64,000 nt of DNA from the human T2T-CHM13v2.0 reference genome, Homo sapiens. How positions within the stretch are numbered: position 1 is the stretch's first letter; every line of letters begins with the position of its first letter. This document shows, one piece after another, positions 10,740 through 25,168 of this stretch. The DNA lies in NCBI RefSeq assembly GCF_009914755.1, contig NC_060945.1; one strand, 5' to 3'. A program made the position numbers and the translations under genes. The notes under the pieces were generated by a model, which was given only the letters and a program-made list of their open reading frames with translations, did not search any database and was not told where the DNA came from.

Positions 10740-10880
10740 CCCGCGAGGCAAGTGCTGCAGGTGCGGGGCCAGGAGCTAGGTTTCGTTTCTGCGCCCGGAG
10801 CCGCCCTCAGCACAGGGTCTGTGAGTTTCATTTCTTCGCGGCGCGGGGCGGGGCTGGGCGCGGGGTGAAAGAGGCGAAGC
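10740..10880 (+). promoter_or_regulatory. MX1: MX1 proximal promoter with ISRE2, ISRE1 and Sp1 boxes, in a CpG island (~10700-11950)
   Basis: GGTTTCGTTTCT at 10779-10790; GAGTTTCATTTCT at 10823-10835; GGGGCGGGGC at ~10845-10854; no TATA box. Confidence 0.92.
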
Positions 10881-10918
10881 GAGAGCGGAGGCCGCACTCC
10901 AGCACTGCGCAGGGACCG
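10881..10918 (+). other. MX1: MX1 proximal non-coding exon 1 (start approximate)
   Basis: Donor ACCG|GTGAGT at 10918/10919. Confidence 0.85.
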
Positions 10919-11860
10919 GTGAGTGTCGCTTCTGGGGGCAGCGCCCAGTAACCGCGCTAGGAGCGCGGAGAAGGGCATTGGGAGAGCGGCGTTCGTGGCG
11001 GAGACTAGCGCTCCGGAGCACGGGCACGACGGGGGCACCTTCTCGGCTGCTAGTAACTAACAATAATAATAATCATAATCATAGCAAGGGCGCTGATGGG
11101 CGGGCTCGGAGCACGCCTGATTCTGGTTCCCACCAGGCTGCCCAGGCTCCTGATGACGCATCAGAAACATCCCCCTAACCCGCGGCCTTCCTGCAGGAGA
11201 GGTTGGGAAGGGGTGGGGGACGGGGCTCGGGGGAGGTCTCCGAGGGACTCTAGTAAGCGGGGAAGGGCGCCGGGAAAGTTTCAGATCCACGGCTGCGCGG
11301 GCCACGAGCCCACCCGAACGCCGACCACTGCTTTCCGTCGACTTCTATTTCCTGGGAACGCGCGAAAGCAAACCCAAGTCAGACTGCGGAGGTCGCTGGG
11401 GAGGGAAGGTTCAAGGAGTTCTCGCCGATCCTGCTGAATAAAGGGGGTTCCGAGCTGGGCCGAGATGGGGCATGCGCGGGAAGACCCCTGCCCGCTGTTC
11501 CCCCCCACCGCCCCAGTGGATGCCATGCCTGGGGCCTCCCCGGCGCGTGGGGCTGACGCACCCTCGGGGTCCATCGTAGTTGGCCGGGATCGTGGAGTGG
11601 GTGCGGTGGACGAAGGGAGGCAGGACAGTCCCGGGGGTGGCAGAAGGAGCCCGGGCACAGCTGAGACCTGCGCTCCCATCCCACCAACACTCACAGCAGG
11701 TGCTGCCGAGCTGGGCAATTGGGATGGCCCAAGTTATTTGGTTAAATTTTAAATCACGTTTGTTACTGGGAAGTAGAGTCCAGTGATGCTAACCGCGCCT
11801 CTACCTCCACCACCGGTGTCAGTCCCAAAGGGCTCCTAAAATGGCTGTGTCATCTTTCAG

Positions 11861-11959
11861 CCTTGGACCGCAGTTGCCGGCCAGGAATCCCAGTGTCACG
11901 GTGGACACGCCTCCCTCGCGCCCTTGCCGCCCACCTGCTCACCCAGCTCAGGGGCTTTG
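11861..11959 (+). other. MX1: MX1 5'UTR exon
   Basis: catctttcAG acceptor; TTTG|GTAGGT donor. Confidence 0.8.
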
Positions 11960-12112
11960 GTAGGTAGCAGTGCATTTGGTCTAAAGGGCAAGATGTTCTC
12001 TCTTTTATTCATAACAAATTTAAATACCAGCAGGGTTTGGGGGGAAAAACGCTTTCAGAAGAAAAGGTGAATGTCAGTCCTGCAAGAGTTAGTTTTAAAA
12101 CTAGACTGAATT

Positions 12113-12189
12113 GGCACATGTATACCTATGTAACAAACCTGCACGTTCTGCACATGTACCCCAGAACTTAAAAGCTTATAAAAAAAGAA
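12113..12189 (+). mobile_element. Extremely 5'-truncated L1PA insertion (77 bp)
   Basis: L1PA terminal sequence ggcacatgtatacctatgtaacaaacctgcacgttctgcacatgtacccc plus A tail; 16-bp TSD AAAACTAGACTG(A/G)ATT. Confidence 0.9.
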
Positions 12190-12409
12190 AAAACTAGACT
12201 GGATTATGTTGGGAAAGTGTAGCCTCTTCCATCTTAGGCATTTCCTAGAACGTAGGCAGTAGGTGGTCCTTATTAGGAGTTTTGGGAGAGGAAGGGGGCT
12301 GAATCCTACCTCCCATCCCTGCTCCTCTATGGGGTCTGAGCTGAGGAAGCTTCACCACAAGGAGAGAACCCCCTGACAACCCTGGATGCCACCTTTACCC
12401 TCACTGCAG

Positions 12410-12521
12410 GAATTCTGTGGCCACACTGCGAGGAGATCGGTTCTGGGTCGGAGGCTACAGGAAGACTCCCACTCCCTGAAATCTGGAGTGAAGAACGCCG
12501 CCATCCAGCCACCATTCCAAG
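12410..12521 (+). other. MX1: MX1 5'UTR exon
   Basis: ccctcactgcAG acceptor; CAAG|GTAAGG donor. Confidence 0.85.
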
Positions 12522-12536
12522 GTAAGGCAGAAATGA

Positions 12537-12860
<324 letters not shown>

Positions 12861-14327
12861 AGGTTCATTTTAGTTGTTATGTTAACCAGGTTTCCTGCAC
12901 CTGTGCGCTAACTTTCACTTTCCCAAAAGGTTTCAGGGTGACCCAGCAGGCAATGAGTGATTCTCAAATTCAGGATTTATTGTGAGAGATTCACACACAC
13001 AATTGAGCAGACATTCACAGTACAATGATTAAAGGGAGTGATAGGGTAAGGACCCACAGTGGAGGCTCTGGAGGCCAGCCCACTGACAGCCACTCCAGGG
13101 AGTCCAGAAGTCCCGCTCTAGTGCTGGGTGGTGGAGGGAAATCTGTTCCTCCAGGGACCTCGTCCTCGGCTGCCCAGCTGCCAAAGTCAGGAATAAGCTT
13201 TCAGAAATCTCACTGCCAAGATTCCGAAAACGCTTCAGACATTGCTAGTCCCTTGTCGCTTTTGCGATCCTCCACAGGTGTGCGTGCCACTGGGTCCTTA
13301 TTCACTGGGGTCTCTGGTGGCATTGGGCCACAGCAAGTGTTCCCTCATCCCCTTAGTCTACCACACACATGCTTACCACTTTGAAGAAAAACCCCTTTAC
13401 TATGAGCGAAAGTGAGAAACACGTATGTTTATTGTTTCTAAAGAAAGAAACTTAATATGGGCTTAATGCTACCTAGTGAGTGCCTCCATTTTGAGACATT
13501 AGGGTCACAAGTCATTATTATATATCATGGGCACAAACCTGCCCTGGGCAGGGACGGAAGGAAGCCCCTGCACAGGGGCAGTTGCTCAGGATGTGAGAAG
13601 AGCCTGGTGCATAACCCCATCCATGCCCACCTAACATCTCAGGCTCTGACCAGTGGGGCTGTGCAGTAGCGAGTGGATGGAGGGCTGGAACCCTGCAGCC
13701 TCCTCTCCAAACACAGGGTGCAGCCAAGACATTTTAGGAGCAATTTGGGATGGAGAGCTAGGAGTCGCCACCTCTTGGCTCTTCCAAGGCCGGAACTGGT
13801 GCCTGCACTCAGTTCAGTTTGAAGACTGCAGCTGGATGCCAAGTTCCATGGAGGAGTAAGAAACCGGTTTGAACTCCCGAGATTGCCCTGCCCCTGAAAT
13901 CCAAACTGATGTTCCGAATGATCAGGGAAAGGTACAAACGTTTATGGTTTACAGACAAAACCCATAAGGTTTAGCTTTCAGAGAATCTCATTTTATGAAG
14001 CAAATTAGGGAAGGGAATCTACTCACCAAGTCCTGTTTCAGCTGATTGAGTGGAACCTGTGGTCATGTGGTACAAGTCCTGGTCTCAATGATGCTCCTTA
14101 TCTGGCTGCAGAAAGGCCAACTGAGGCAACCATAGCCCAGAAGACTGGTACTCCTGAGAGGCAGATGAAGTGGTGGTCTTTGATATCGAGCCTGGGATGC
14201 CCTGGGCACATGAGGTATTTCCAAAGGCATGGGAGTTTTAGGGAATAAATTCCCAGATTGTCAGACTCCATAAGTACCGTTTACAATGGATTACCTTTTA
14301 TAACCATCCCAATCCTACCTGACAAAA

Positions 14328-14700
<373 letters not shown>

Positions 14701-15187
14701 TTAGCCAAGGCAGCATGAACCCATGGCAGCACTTCCCAACCTTCCTGACATGGGCGTTTCTGTGAACTCCAGTGTGATGGAGAAATGGCATTGGCTCAGG
14801 TGTGCAGCTAGATATGTTACAGAGCAGGGTGACAGGCAGGGGTGATGAGTTTTGTTTTAACAACCTGTCCCTTCAACCCTCATGGTACTGACAAAGATCA
14901 CATGGCTCTCGGGGGAGATTCCTGCGAGGGGAAGCAAGGAGAGCATCCTTACATATTATTGATCCAGGCAGCAGATTTGCAGCAAAGCTCTGTGCTTTAT
15001 TCATCTGTTAAAATAGTTAAAATAGTCAAAACATAGGAAAAGGATTCTGGGAAGTCAGAATCGGCTTCAGAGCACACCCCTCCTGCACTTGCCCGGTTCT
15101 CAGACTTGGGAATGGGACTGGGTGGGTGGGTACTCTCGGGTGTTCCGCGGGTTTGGGTCTTACTTGTACACTTTGCTTGATTTCAAG

Positions 15188-15263
15188 GAGGTGCAGGAGA
15201 ACAGCTCTGTGATACCATTTAACTTGTTGACATTACTTTTATTTGAAGGAACGTATATTAGAG
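15188..15263 (+). other. MX1: MX1 5'UTR exon
   Basis: tttcaAG acceptor; AGAG|GTAAGT donor. Confidence 0.8.
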
Positions 15264-15672
15264 GTAAGTTGGTGCATGCTATTTTCTGTAACATTTATTT
15301 TGAGTCATAGGAGAAAGATTTTCAGTTACTTTTATCCAAGATTATTAGACACTGTAAAATTTCATATTTAGGCACTTGTCCTACAACATTTTAAAAATGA
15401 ATTTCAAATACATACGTGTGTATTTGTAATGCAGACAAGTATAAGGCAGTCAGTTACATGCTTTCAAGAGTAAAATGAATGACATTTCATTTCCCCCATT
15501 TGTGGGAGTAAAAGAATGACAATATGAAATTGATGATCAAAAGAAAGAGCATAAAAGATTTAGAGCTCACGTGTTTTTTAAACTAAAGGTTTGGGTATCA
15601 AATTACCGTAATATTTGGATTCTCTTGGCTACATTGGAAACAGTTCTATAACAATTTTATTTTTAAATGTAA

Positions 15673-16086
<414 letters not shown>

Positions 16087-16136
16087 TGACAGGAGATAGT
16101 TTTAGAAAATATTTTGGGGAACAGAGGCATATTCTA

Positions 16137-16428
16137 TTTTTTTTTTTTGAGACAGAGTCTTGCTCTGTTGCCCAGACTGGGGTGCAGTGGCGTGATCTCA
16201 GCTGACTGCATCCTCTGCCTGCCAGGTTCAAGCAATTCTTTGCCTCAGCCTCCTGAGTAGTTGGGATTACAGGTGCCCGCCACCATGCCTGGCTAATTTT
16301 TTTGTATTTTTAGTAGAGACAAGTTTTACCATCTTGGCCAGGGTGGTATTGAACTCCTGACCTCATGATCTACCTGCCTCAGCCTCCCAAAGTGCTGAGA
16401 TTACAGGCGTGAGCCCCGGGGCCCGGCC
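16137..16428 (-). mobile_element. Alu
   Basis: Antisense Alu. Confidence 0.92.
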
Positions 16429-16725
16429 TGGAGGGATATTCTTGAAGCGCCTTGAGCAGGGAGGCAGCGTTTGTCTTTATCTGACCTTGGCTTCTTTGGG
16501 TCACTCTGTTTCTCTTTCCGTGAATAAAAAGCCAGTGAGCACACACTGTGTCCCAGGCACTCTTCTACGCTCTGGGGACATCACCATGAACAACTAGTCA
16601 GAGTCCCCACCTCCAGGGGCCTTCCGTTCTGGTGGTGGGTTTGGTTCCATGGTTGAATGCACCCAGCTGCTTATCTGTTCAATAGGCATCTGCTTTATTT
16701 TAAGCTTACTTTGCAAAGAAGGAAG

Positions 16726-16830
16726 ATGGTTGTTTCCGAAGTGGACATCGCAAAAGCTGATCCAGCTGCTGCATCCCACCCTCTATTACTGAATGGAGAT
16801 GCTACTGTGGCCCAGAAAAATCCAGGCTCG
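16726..16830 (+). CDS. MX1: MxA interferon-induced dynamin-like GTPase, coding exon 1 (exon begins 16705)
   Basis: AAGATGG Kozak; [35 protein letters not shown]; donor GTAAGT. Confidence 0.97.
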
Positions 16831-17789
16831 GTAAGTTGCTCTCTGAAAGTCGCTATCCATGTGACATGAGCCATGCCCATTCGAGGCTGCCCTTTTCTAC
16901 AGCGGTGCTACTGCTGCCCAGATATGCCTGCTCTCTCGCCTCTCCTGTGCCAGGACGCAGATCCTGACCCTCTACTTGCCAGCTGACAACCATGTATAGA
17001 CTCGTTGCCTTAGCTCACCGTGGGTGGAGGTGCTGCTGGGGTTGGGGACACTGGCTGAGCTGTCGATGGGTTCAGCTCATCTATACTAGAAGGAACTGGC
17101 CCAGGCCCTGGGTTCAAGGAGCACTAGGTTTGTTTTTCCTGCCCACATCATGATTCAGTCTCAAGCTACAAACCCTGGGGCATCATTAAGATATTATCTT
17201 TGTAGGGAAGCCACGTGGTGAATTTTTTGCCCAGAATCAAGACATATTTTTGGTGGGAACCAATCATGGCCCCTGGAATCAGTCCAACCTCAGTTGGTCC
17301 CGACGCTGACACTCTCAGCTGTGTGATTGTGGGTAGTTATTCCTCCTGTTATAAGCCTGGTTTTCCATATCTAAAATGAGAATAATGGTCTTTGCTTTAT
17401 ATGGCTGAGAGCAAAGTGCAGGGAGTGTCCAGGTACTCAGAGTGCTCAGTTTCTTATTACCGTGGATCACTGGTCTGTTTCAGGCTGGCTCTGTTTTCCT
17501 AGGCAATGTTAAACAATTTTTCAAACAATATTCAAAAAACATTGAAGCGTTTAGAAAAATACAGAGGACCACCACCTTTCCACCACCCTGATACCACCGT
17601 TTACATTTTTCTGCATTTCCGTCCCTGGTGCGTCTCTTGTCTGGCTGTAAGAGATGTAATTATGTCAGGGTATGGGGCAGGAGGAACTCTCACCCACTCA
17701 TACTTGCGTGCTTTGGAAGCAGCTTGGCCTTTTCCAGTCAAGGAGAACAGAGTGTGTCTCGTGATCTGGCAGTTCCACTTCTGGGGATA

Positions 17790-17985
17790 GACTGTGGTTC
17801 TCAAAGTGTGGCCCCCAGCCCAGCCCATTAGCATCACCTGGGAAGTTGACTGAAATGCAAATGACCAGCCCCTCCTCCCACTCTTAGACCTGGTGAATTG
17901 GACACTCTGGGGCAGGGCCCACCCCCTGTGCTTTACCAGGCTCTCCAGGTGATTCTGCTGTGTGCTGGAGTTTGAGGACCATGTG
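17790..17985. mobile_element. MER5A DNA transposon
   Basis: ctgtggttctcaaagtgtggccc...agtttgaggaccatg terminal motifs. Confidence 0.7.
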
Positions 17986-18569
17986 TAAACCCTTGCACAT
18001 CCCCCTGGGAGCCACATGCATAGCAGCACTGTTTATAACAGCAAAACTCAGACCCTGTCTACGTGCCTGTCATGGTGGAATGGATACTGGGAGTGTGGTA
18101 TGTTCATGTAGCAGAATTCTATACAGTAGTAAAGAGGAATGAACTAGAGTTCCAGGTATCAAAATGGCTGCATCAAATGAACAACGTTGAACCAAAGAAT
18201 CAAGTTACAGGAAATATACAAAATGATTCCACTTACGTAAAATTCCCCAACAGGCAGCAATAGGCAATATACCATTGTGGGAAAAACATATAGGTGGCAA
18301 AACTATAAAGAAAAGCAAGGATGTGATGATTGCAAGCCTCAGGATAGAGGGACCCTCTGGAGGTGAAGGAGTTGACCCAGGGAGGTGTGTGCAATGTCCT
18401 AAGTACTGGGAGTGTTTGTGTTCTTAACCCAAGTGGTTGGTACATGCATATTTGCTTTATTATGTTTGACACACTTTTGTAAATAGATAGTATAAATAAA
18501 TGAAAACAAACAAAAAGTTATAAGGTGAACTAAGACCGAGGCTACCAACTGTATTCATGCATTTGGTAA

Positions 18570-18750
18570 GGCTGTGGTTCTTTCTCAGTCAGGGCCCATT
18601 TTGCTCCCTGGAACTTGTGGCCAGGTCTAGAGACATCTTGGTTGTCACAACTCAGGGTGAATAGTGAATAGAGGCCAGGTATTTGGCTAAACCTCCTACA
18701 ATGTGTAGGGTAGCCCCTGCAACAAACAATCTTCTAACCCCAAATATGAA
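18570..18750. mobile_element. MER20-like DNA transposon
   Basis: ggttgtcacaact...gaatagaggccagg...aaacctcctacaatg. Confidence 0.55.
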
Positions 18751-18959
18751 TAGCTTCTTGTCCTGTTATAAAGAAGCTATTCTAGTAAAAACGTCTGTCT
18801 ATGATGAAGCATGCACAAAAATAGTCATTAGAAAGAGGTAAAAGACAAAATGATTTTCTCATATTTTCTTCCTGAACCTCAATCAGCCCACATTCGGAAA
18901 ATTGCACCCAGCTGCTGGTAGGTAGGCAGGACCGAGTGTGAAGTCTGCTGCTTTCTCTG

Positions 18960-20075
18960 TTTTTATGCAAGTACTTCACTATTTTGATTACTTTAGTTTT
19001 ATAGTAATTATGGAAATTAGGTAATGCTAGTCCTCTGACTTTGTTCTTCTTTTTCAAAGTCATTTTGACTAAGAATATTTAGATCATTTCTATTTAATGT
19101 GACTGGTAATATAATTAGATTTGAGAATATCATCTTTCTATTTGTTTTCTATTTGTCCCATCTGTTCTTCGTTCCCCCTTTCGTCTTTTTCTGCCTTCTT
19201 TTGGATTATTTTTTATGATTCCATCATGTCTCCTTTGTTGTCTTATTAAGTATAACTTTTGGTGTTTTTAGTATATATCTTTAACTTAATAAGTCAACCT
19301 TCAAGTGATAGTCTGTCACTTCATGTATAGTGCGAGAACCTTAGAATAGTGTATTTCCATCTCTCTGCTCTGAGCCTTCATACTATTTCTATCATGCATC
19401 TTTTACATACATCATAAACCCCACAATACATTGTTATTATTGATGTTCAAACATTCAATTATCTTTTAAATAAAGATAGCAAAGGAATACAAAAAAGTGT
19501 AGTAGTTACCCCTTCTAGTATAGACTCCTTTGTATAGATCCAGATTTCCATTCAGTATCATTTTCCTTCTACCTAAAGAACTTCTTTAACATTTCCTGTA
19601 GTGCAGGTCTGCTGGTAATGAATTAGTTAAGCTTTTGAATGGCTAAAAAAGTCTTTGTTTTGCCTTCATTTTTAAAAGTTATTTTTGCTGGGTATAGAAT
19701 TCTAGATTGATGGTGTTTTTCAGTACTTTAAAAATACTGCTTCACTGTCTTCTCGCTTGTTATTGCTTCTGATAAGATTGACAGCAGATTTCTCATTTGT
19801 GTCCCTCTGCTCACACTGTATCATTCTCTGGCTGCTCCTAACATTTTCTCTTTATTACTGGTTTTGAGCAATTTGACCCTCTTATGGCTTGATGATGTTT
19901 ATGTTTGCTGTGCTTAATGTCTGTTGAGTTTCTGGGATCTTTGGGTTTATGGTTTTCATTAAGTTTGAGGGAATTGTATGTATTATTTCTTCAAATATTT
20001 TTTTCTGTCTCTCTTCCATTCTCTTTTGGGGATTCCAGTAACCTGTGTATTAGACTTATTGAAGTTGGCCGTCTT
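18960..20075 (-). mobile_element. Old L1M fragments
   Basis: T-rich; ORF 18782..19063(-) contains the L1 ORF2-like peptide NKVRGLALPNFHNYYK. Confidence 0.6.
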
Positions 20076-20083
20076 TAATGGAG

Positions 20084-20441
20084 TGTATTGGTTCATTCTC
20101 ACACTGCTATAAAGAACTGCCTGAAACTAGGTAATTTATAAAGAAAAGAGGTTTAATTGACTCACAGTCCACATGGCTGGGGAGGCCTCAGGAAACTTAC
20201 AATCATGGAGGAAGGCATCTCTTCACAAGGCAGCAGGAGAGAGAATGACTGAAGGAGGAACTTGCCAAACACTTATAAAACCATCAGACCTCATGAAAAC
20301 TCACTATCATGAGAACAGCATGGGGGAAACCTCCCCCACAATCCAATTACCTCCACCTGGTCTCTCCCTTGACACGTAGGGATTATGGGGATTACAATTC
20401 GAGATGAGATTTGGGTAGGGACACAGAACCAAACCATATCA
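20084..20441 (-). mobile_element. MST/THE1 MaLR solo LTR
   Basis: tgtattggttcattctcacactgctataaagaactgcc...aaaccatatca. Confidence 0.85.
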
Positions 20442-20491
20442 TGAGCATGATTTGCAGGCCATGAAGAATTCTCCATTTTTGTTTCCTCCAG

Positions 20492-20684
20492 GTGGCTGAG
20501 AACAACCTGTGCAGCCAGTATGAGGAGAAGGTGCGCCCCTGCATCGACCTCATTGACTCCCTGCGGGCTCTAGGTGTGGAGCAGGACCTGGCCCTGCCAG
20601 CCATCGCCGTCATCGGGGACCAGAGCTCGGGCAAGAGCTCCGTGTTGGAGGCACTGTCAGGAGTTGCCCTTCCCAGAGGCAGCG
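20492..20684 (+). CDS. MX1: MxA coding exon 2 (G1 P-loop GDQSSGKS, dynamin signature LPRGSG)
   Basis: AG/GT boundaries; translation [19 protein letters not shown]... Confidence 0.98.
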
Positions 20685-20700
20685 GTAAGAACTTACATTC

Positions 20701-21068
20701 TGTGTTAGTCTGCTCAGGCTGCCATAACAAAATACCACAGACGGGGTGGCTTATACAACAAAAGTTTATTTTCTCACAGTTGTGGAGACTGGAAGTCCAA
20801 CATCAGGGTTTAGCTTCTCCTGAGGCCTTTCTCCATGGCCTGCAGATGGCCACCTCCTCACCGCTCCCCCATGCGGCCTTCCTTCCACACACAAGCATCT
20901 CTGCTGTCTCTTCCCCTTCTTCATAAGAGCACCAGTCATATTGGATTGGGGCCTACCCTAATGACCTCATTTAACCTTAATTGCCTCTTTAAAGGCCTTA
21001 TCTTCAAATACAGTCCCATTAGGGGTTAGGGCTTCAACATAGGAATTTGGAGGGAACACCATTTCATA
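20701..21068. mobile_element. MLT1 MaLR LTR
   Basis: tgtgttagtctgctcaggctgccataacaaaataccacagac...ggcttcaacataggaatttggaggg. Confidence 0.8.
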
Positions 21069-21669
21069 ACGCTATCTCATTGCACATTTTTTTCACATAA
21101 GTCATATGTAATCTACAGTTTGAGGAGAATCTGAATAAACACATTTGGGTCCCCCAGTTCAGAACTATATCAGTGAGGTCTCAAAGAGTTCAGGCCTGGG
21201 ACGGGTCTTGCAATACAGATCAGGTGTGGTAGGAAGAATATGGAAGGAGTTTACAGTAGGAGGACTGTTGTAAGGTGGCCTGGTAGCAGCAGGATGCTTT
21301 CCTAATGGGGGTAGAGTGTGTATGCTGGGGGGATAATGGAAGATGTTCGGATGAGTTTCGGGGGATTCCCAATGTGGTCTGCCACCTGAGCTGATGGCAG
21401 AACACTGGGATGAGGCAGGAAGCCAAAAGTGGTGGCTTTCAAGTGTTAGTAAGCAAAAACTCACCTGGGTTACATACTCAGAATGCATGTTCTTGAGGTC
21501 ACCCAGACACAGTGCGATGTCCCCGCATATCAGAGGGTAAGACCAGAAAGTTTCCAGTTTTAAATGTCTCCCCATATGATTGTATAAAAGTTTGAGAACC
21601 ATGGGCCTAAGGCGCTATGTAGGTCTTTTAAGAGCAAAGTGGAGCACTGATGTGGGCGTGGCCTCCTAG

Positions 21670-21807
21670 GGATCGTGACCAGATGCCCGCTGGTGCTGAA
21701 ACTGAAGAAACTTGTGAACGAAGATAAGTGGAGAGGCAAGGTCAGTTACCAGGACTACGAGATTGAGATTTCGGATGCTTCAGAGGTAGAAAAGGAAATT
21801 AATAAAG
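21670..21807 (+). CDS. MX1: MxA coding exon 3
   Basis: [14 protein letters not shown]...EINK; AG/GT. Confidence 0.98.
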
Positions 21808-22011
21808 GTGAGTACCCCCTGTTTGGATGCCTGGTCAAGCCTTCTGACATGCATGGGGTCTGTTTGTAACTGTTCATACTCCCACCTCCCTGGGCCTGTG
21901 CTGTCAGGACACCTTTCTCCTGCACATCAGGCCCCGGTTCCTTCTACTTCTTTTACCTCATTATGACCAGCACGCTTGGATATCAGCATCTGATAGCAAT
22001 CATTTATTTCT

Positions 22012-22300
22012 GGCCAGGCACAGTGGCTTGTGCCTGTAATCCCAGCTCTTTGGGAGGCTGACACGGGGGGATTGCTTGAGCCTAGGAGTTCAAGACCAGC
22101 CAGGGCAACATAGTGAGACCCCGTCTCTTAAAAAAAAAAAATTAAAATAGCTGGGCAGGGTGGCATGCACCTGTGGTCCCAGCTATTCAGGAGGCTGAGG
22201 TGGGAGAGTTGCTTGAGCCTGGGAAGTCAAGGCTGCAGTGAGCCGTGATCTTGCTACGGCACTCTAGCCTGACAGCAGAGTGAGACCCTGTCTCAAAAAC
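22012..22300 (+). mobile_element. Alu (AluJ-type)
   Basis: Diverged dimeric Alu. Confidence 0.9.
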
Positions 22301-24348
22301 ACATGTATTGCTTATTATGTAAGTATCTAGAATAATGTGAATTTTAAAATGTCCCCACATATGGATGATCTGTCCCTTATTCAAGGGCTTCCCTACTTAG
22401 ATCTGGCAGGAAGAGGAGCCAGATATGGGGGTGAGGGAGCTCCTCCCCCCGTTCCTTTGTACAAGGAACTCCACATTGTGGACAGGATCGTCACTGAACC
22501 CCACTCAGAACCAGCACCCTTTTCTAAGAAAGGAGAGTGACTGTGTTTGCATAATCCCAGCTTAGGCTAATTCATGGCAGGCCTCCATAAATGCAAACCA
22601 CAAGGATCAATTTGAAGTGTCTGCAAGGGGAAATGACACCAGCAGTGTAGACAGGGTAGAGTAGCTGACAAAGAACAGCCTCTGTGAGATGCATGGATAA
22701 CATCTTCCTATCGACCTTCATGTTTTTCTGGCATGTCACATGTTTAAGTTTCATTCACACTGGGAAGGTACTGAAGAGACATGAACTAATGCCCAGCAGT
22801 AGGAAGGGACGGGTTTAGCATTTGTAAAGATGGAGCATTAATCACATTTGTTGACTGTTTAAAGAAAGATAAATAATGTTATTGACAAACCGTGATTTTG
22901 AATTAGTTGGGATTAGGTTGGCTGCTTGCAGCAGAAAACTCAAAATAACTGTGTGCCTTAGCCCTTGCTGTATAACAAACCCATCTTAAAACTAATGGCT
23001 TGACCACTTTTATTTCTCATGATTTGATGGACCAGCTGGGCAGTTCTTCTCTGGGCTAGCTGGGCTGGGGCTGATGGTCCAGGATGGCCCTTGGCTGGAG
23101 TGACCGGGCCTTCTGTCTGTGTGGTCTCTCACCCTCCAGAAGGCTAAGCTGGACTTCTCAATGTGGGTGGAGGGGTTCCCAGCAGCAAGAGAGGGCAAGA
23201 CCCGACATCTAACACCTTTCGGTCTCTCCTGATGTGGCACTGTGTAACATCCCCTTAGCCAGAGAAAGTCACGTGGCCAAGCCCAATTTCAAGGGACCGA
23301 TTTTCTCTCTCTCCATGGAAGTGACGAAGGCACCCTGTAAAGTAGCGTGCATACAGGGATGGAAGGGAATGTGGATGCCATTGTGCCAGCAAGTTGCTGA
23401 GACAGCGGTCTAAACAATGTAGAGGCTTTCTGTCCCTCTCATATAAGTCTGAAGGCGGGCAGACCAGAGCTGATTGGGGATTCCAATGTCAGGAACCAAG
23501 ATTTATTCTTCTCCCATTTCTTCATTGGGTGTGGCCTCTGTTTCCAAGGCCCCCCCGTGACTTAGTCAGCAAGTCCGCTTTGAAGCCAGCTGGACCATGG
23601 CAAGGGGCATATCTCTGCCTTTGTAAGCACACTTTCTGGAAGTTGCACATAACATTTTCACATGGCCCATTGGCCAGAACCCGATCTCATGACCACATGG
23701 CAGGTACATGGATATTGGGGGAACAATTAGTGGACCATAACCACTGATATTTCCTAAGTTCTAAATTGATATCAAACATCCCAAAAAGGCATTCTAGATT
23801 TAGAAAAGAGTAAAGTGGTGTTAGCCAACAATTTGATGAAACAAATTCATATCCTAAAATTCATTAAGGAGGAAGGAGCAAAATAAAATCTCTTAATGGG
23901 ATGTTAACAGCCAGTGCTTATCTTAGCTAAAATAAGCACATTTCCCCATATAATTTTCCAGTTTATATTTTAGGCATTTCCATATATTTTTATTTGTTTT
24001 TATTTTGCTTGGTTGCTAATTTCCTACTGACATCAATGAGAAGGATTTAGGAATGCTACCAGGAAGAACTTCTTGCCTCCGCCCAGCTTTGGACTGGTCT
24101 AAGTGGGTGTCACTCATGGTGATGTTCTCACAAGGTCTCTCTACACACAGTGCTGGCCAACAGCAGGGAAAATACTGAGTTATCCTTTGAGATCTCTTTT
24201 ATCCCAATCACAGAAAATTGAATCTGCTCCAAATATGCTTTTATCCATGACTCGCAGAGAGGAGAAGATGCTTTCAGAGTATTCACCATCATGAGATCCG
24301 TTTATCCTAAGCTCTGTTTGGGTTTGATTTTCCCTGTCTCTTTTCTAG

Positions 24349-24503
24349 CCCAGAATGCCATCGCCGGGGAAGGAATGGGAATCAGTCATGAGCTAATCAC
24401 CCTGGAGATCAGCTCCCGAGATGTCCCGGATCTGACTCTAATAGACCTTCCTGGCATAACCAGAGTGGCTGTGGGCAATCAGCCTGCTGACATTGGGTAT
24501 AAG
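24349..24503 (+). CDS. MX1: MxA coding exon 4 (G3 DLPG)
   Basis: AQNAIAGEG...[10 protein letters not shown]...IGYK; AG/GT. Confidence 0.98.
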
Positions 24504-24825
24504 GTCAGACTTCAGACCCATTCTGACCTTGGCCGTGGCGTGGGGATGGGGGAGTGGAGGGGTGGGAGGAGAAAGAGGGTACTGTATTAGAGTAACCGTG
24601 AGTCCAGAGCTGAGTTTTGGAGTTAGTATTTGGAGGTGTGAGTGGGGAATTTAGAGAGCCCGTTGGTCACAGTCTGTTCTGTCAAGTTGAATGGAAGCTT
24701 CTTTGGAGAAAGTGAGGCCAGTGGGCACAGTTGGAAATGTGTTCTGTGTATTTGTTTTATGTTTTATGCAATGACTTGTTTTTGGTTATATACATTTTGC
24801 AGCATATCTAAAGTGCTGTGTATTA

Positions 24826-25168
<343 letters not shown>

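Noticed and set aside
10634-11786. Overlapping ORFs at the proximal CpG island
   Set aside because: GC-content artefact; no coding signature.
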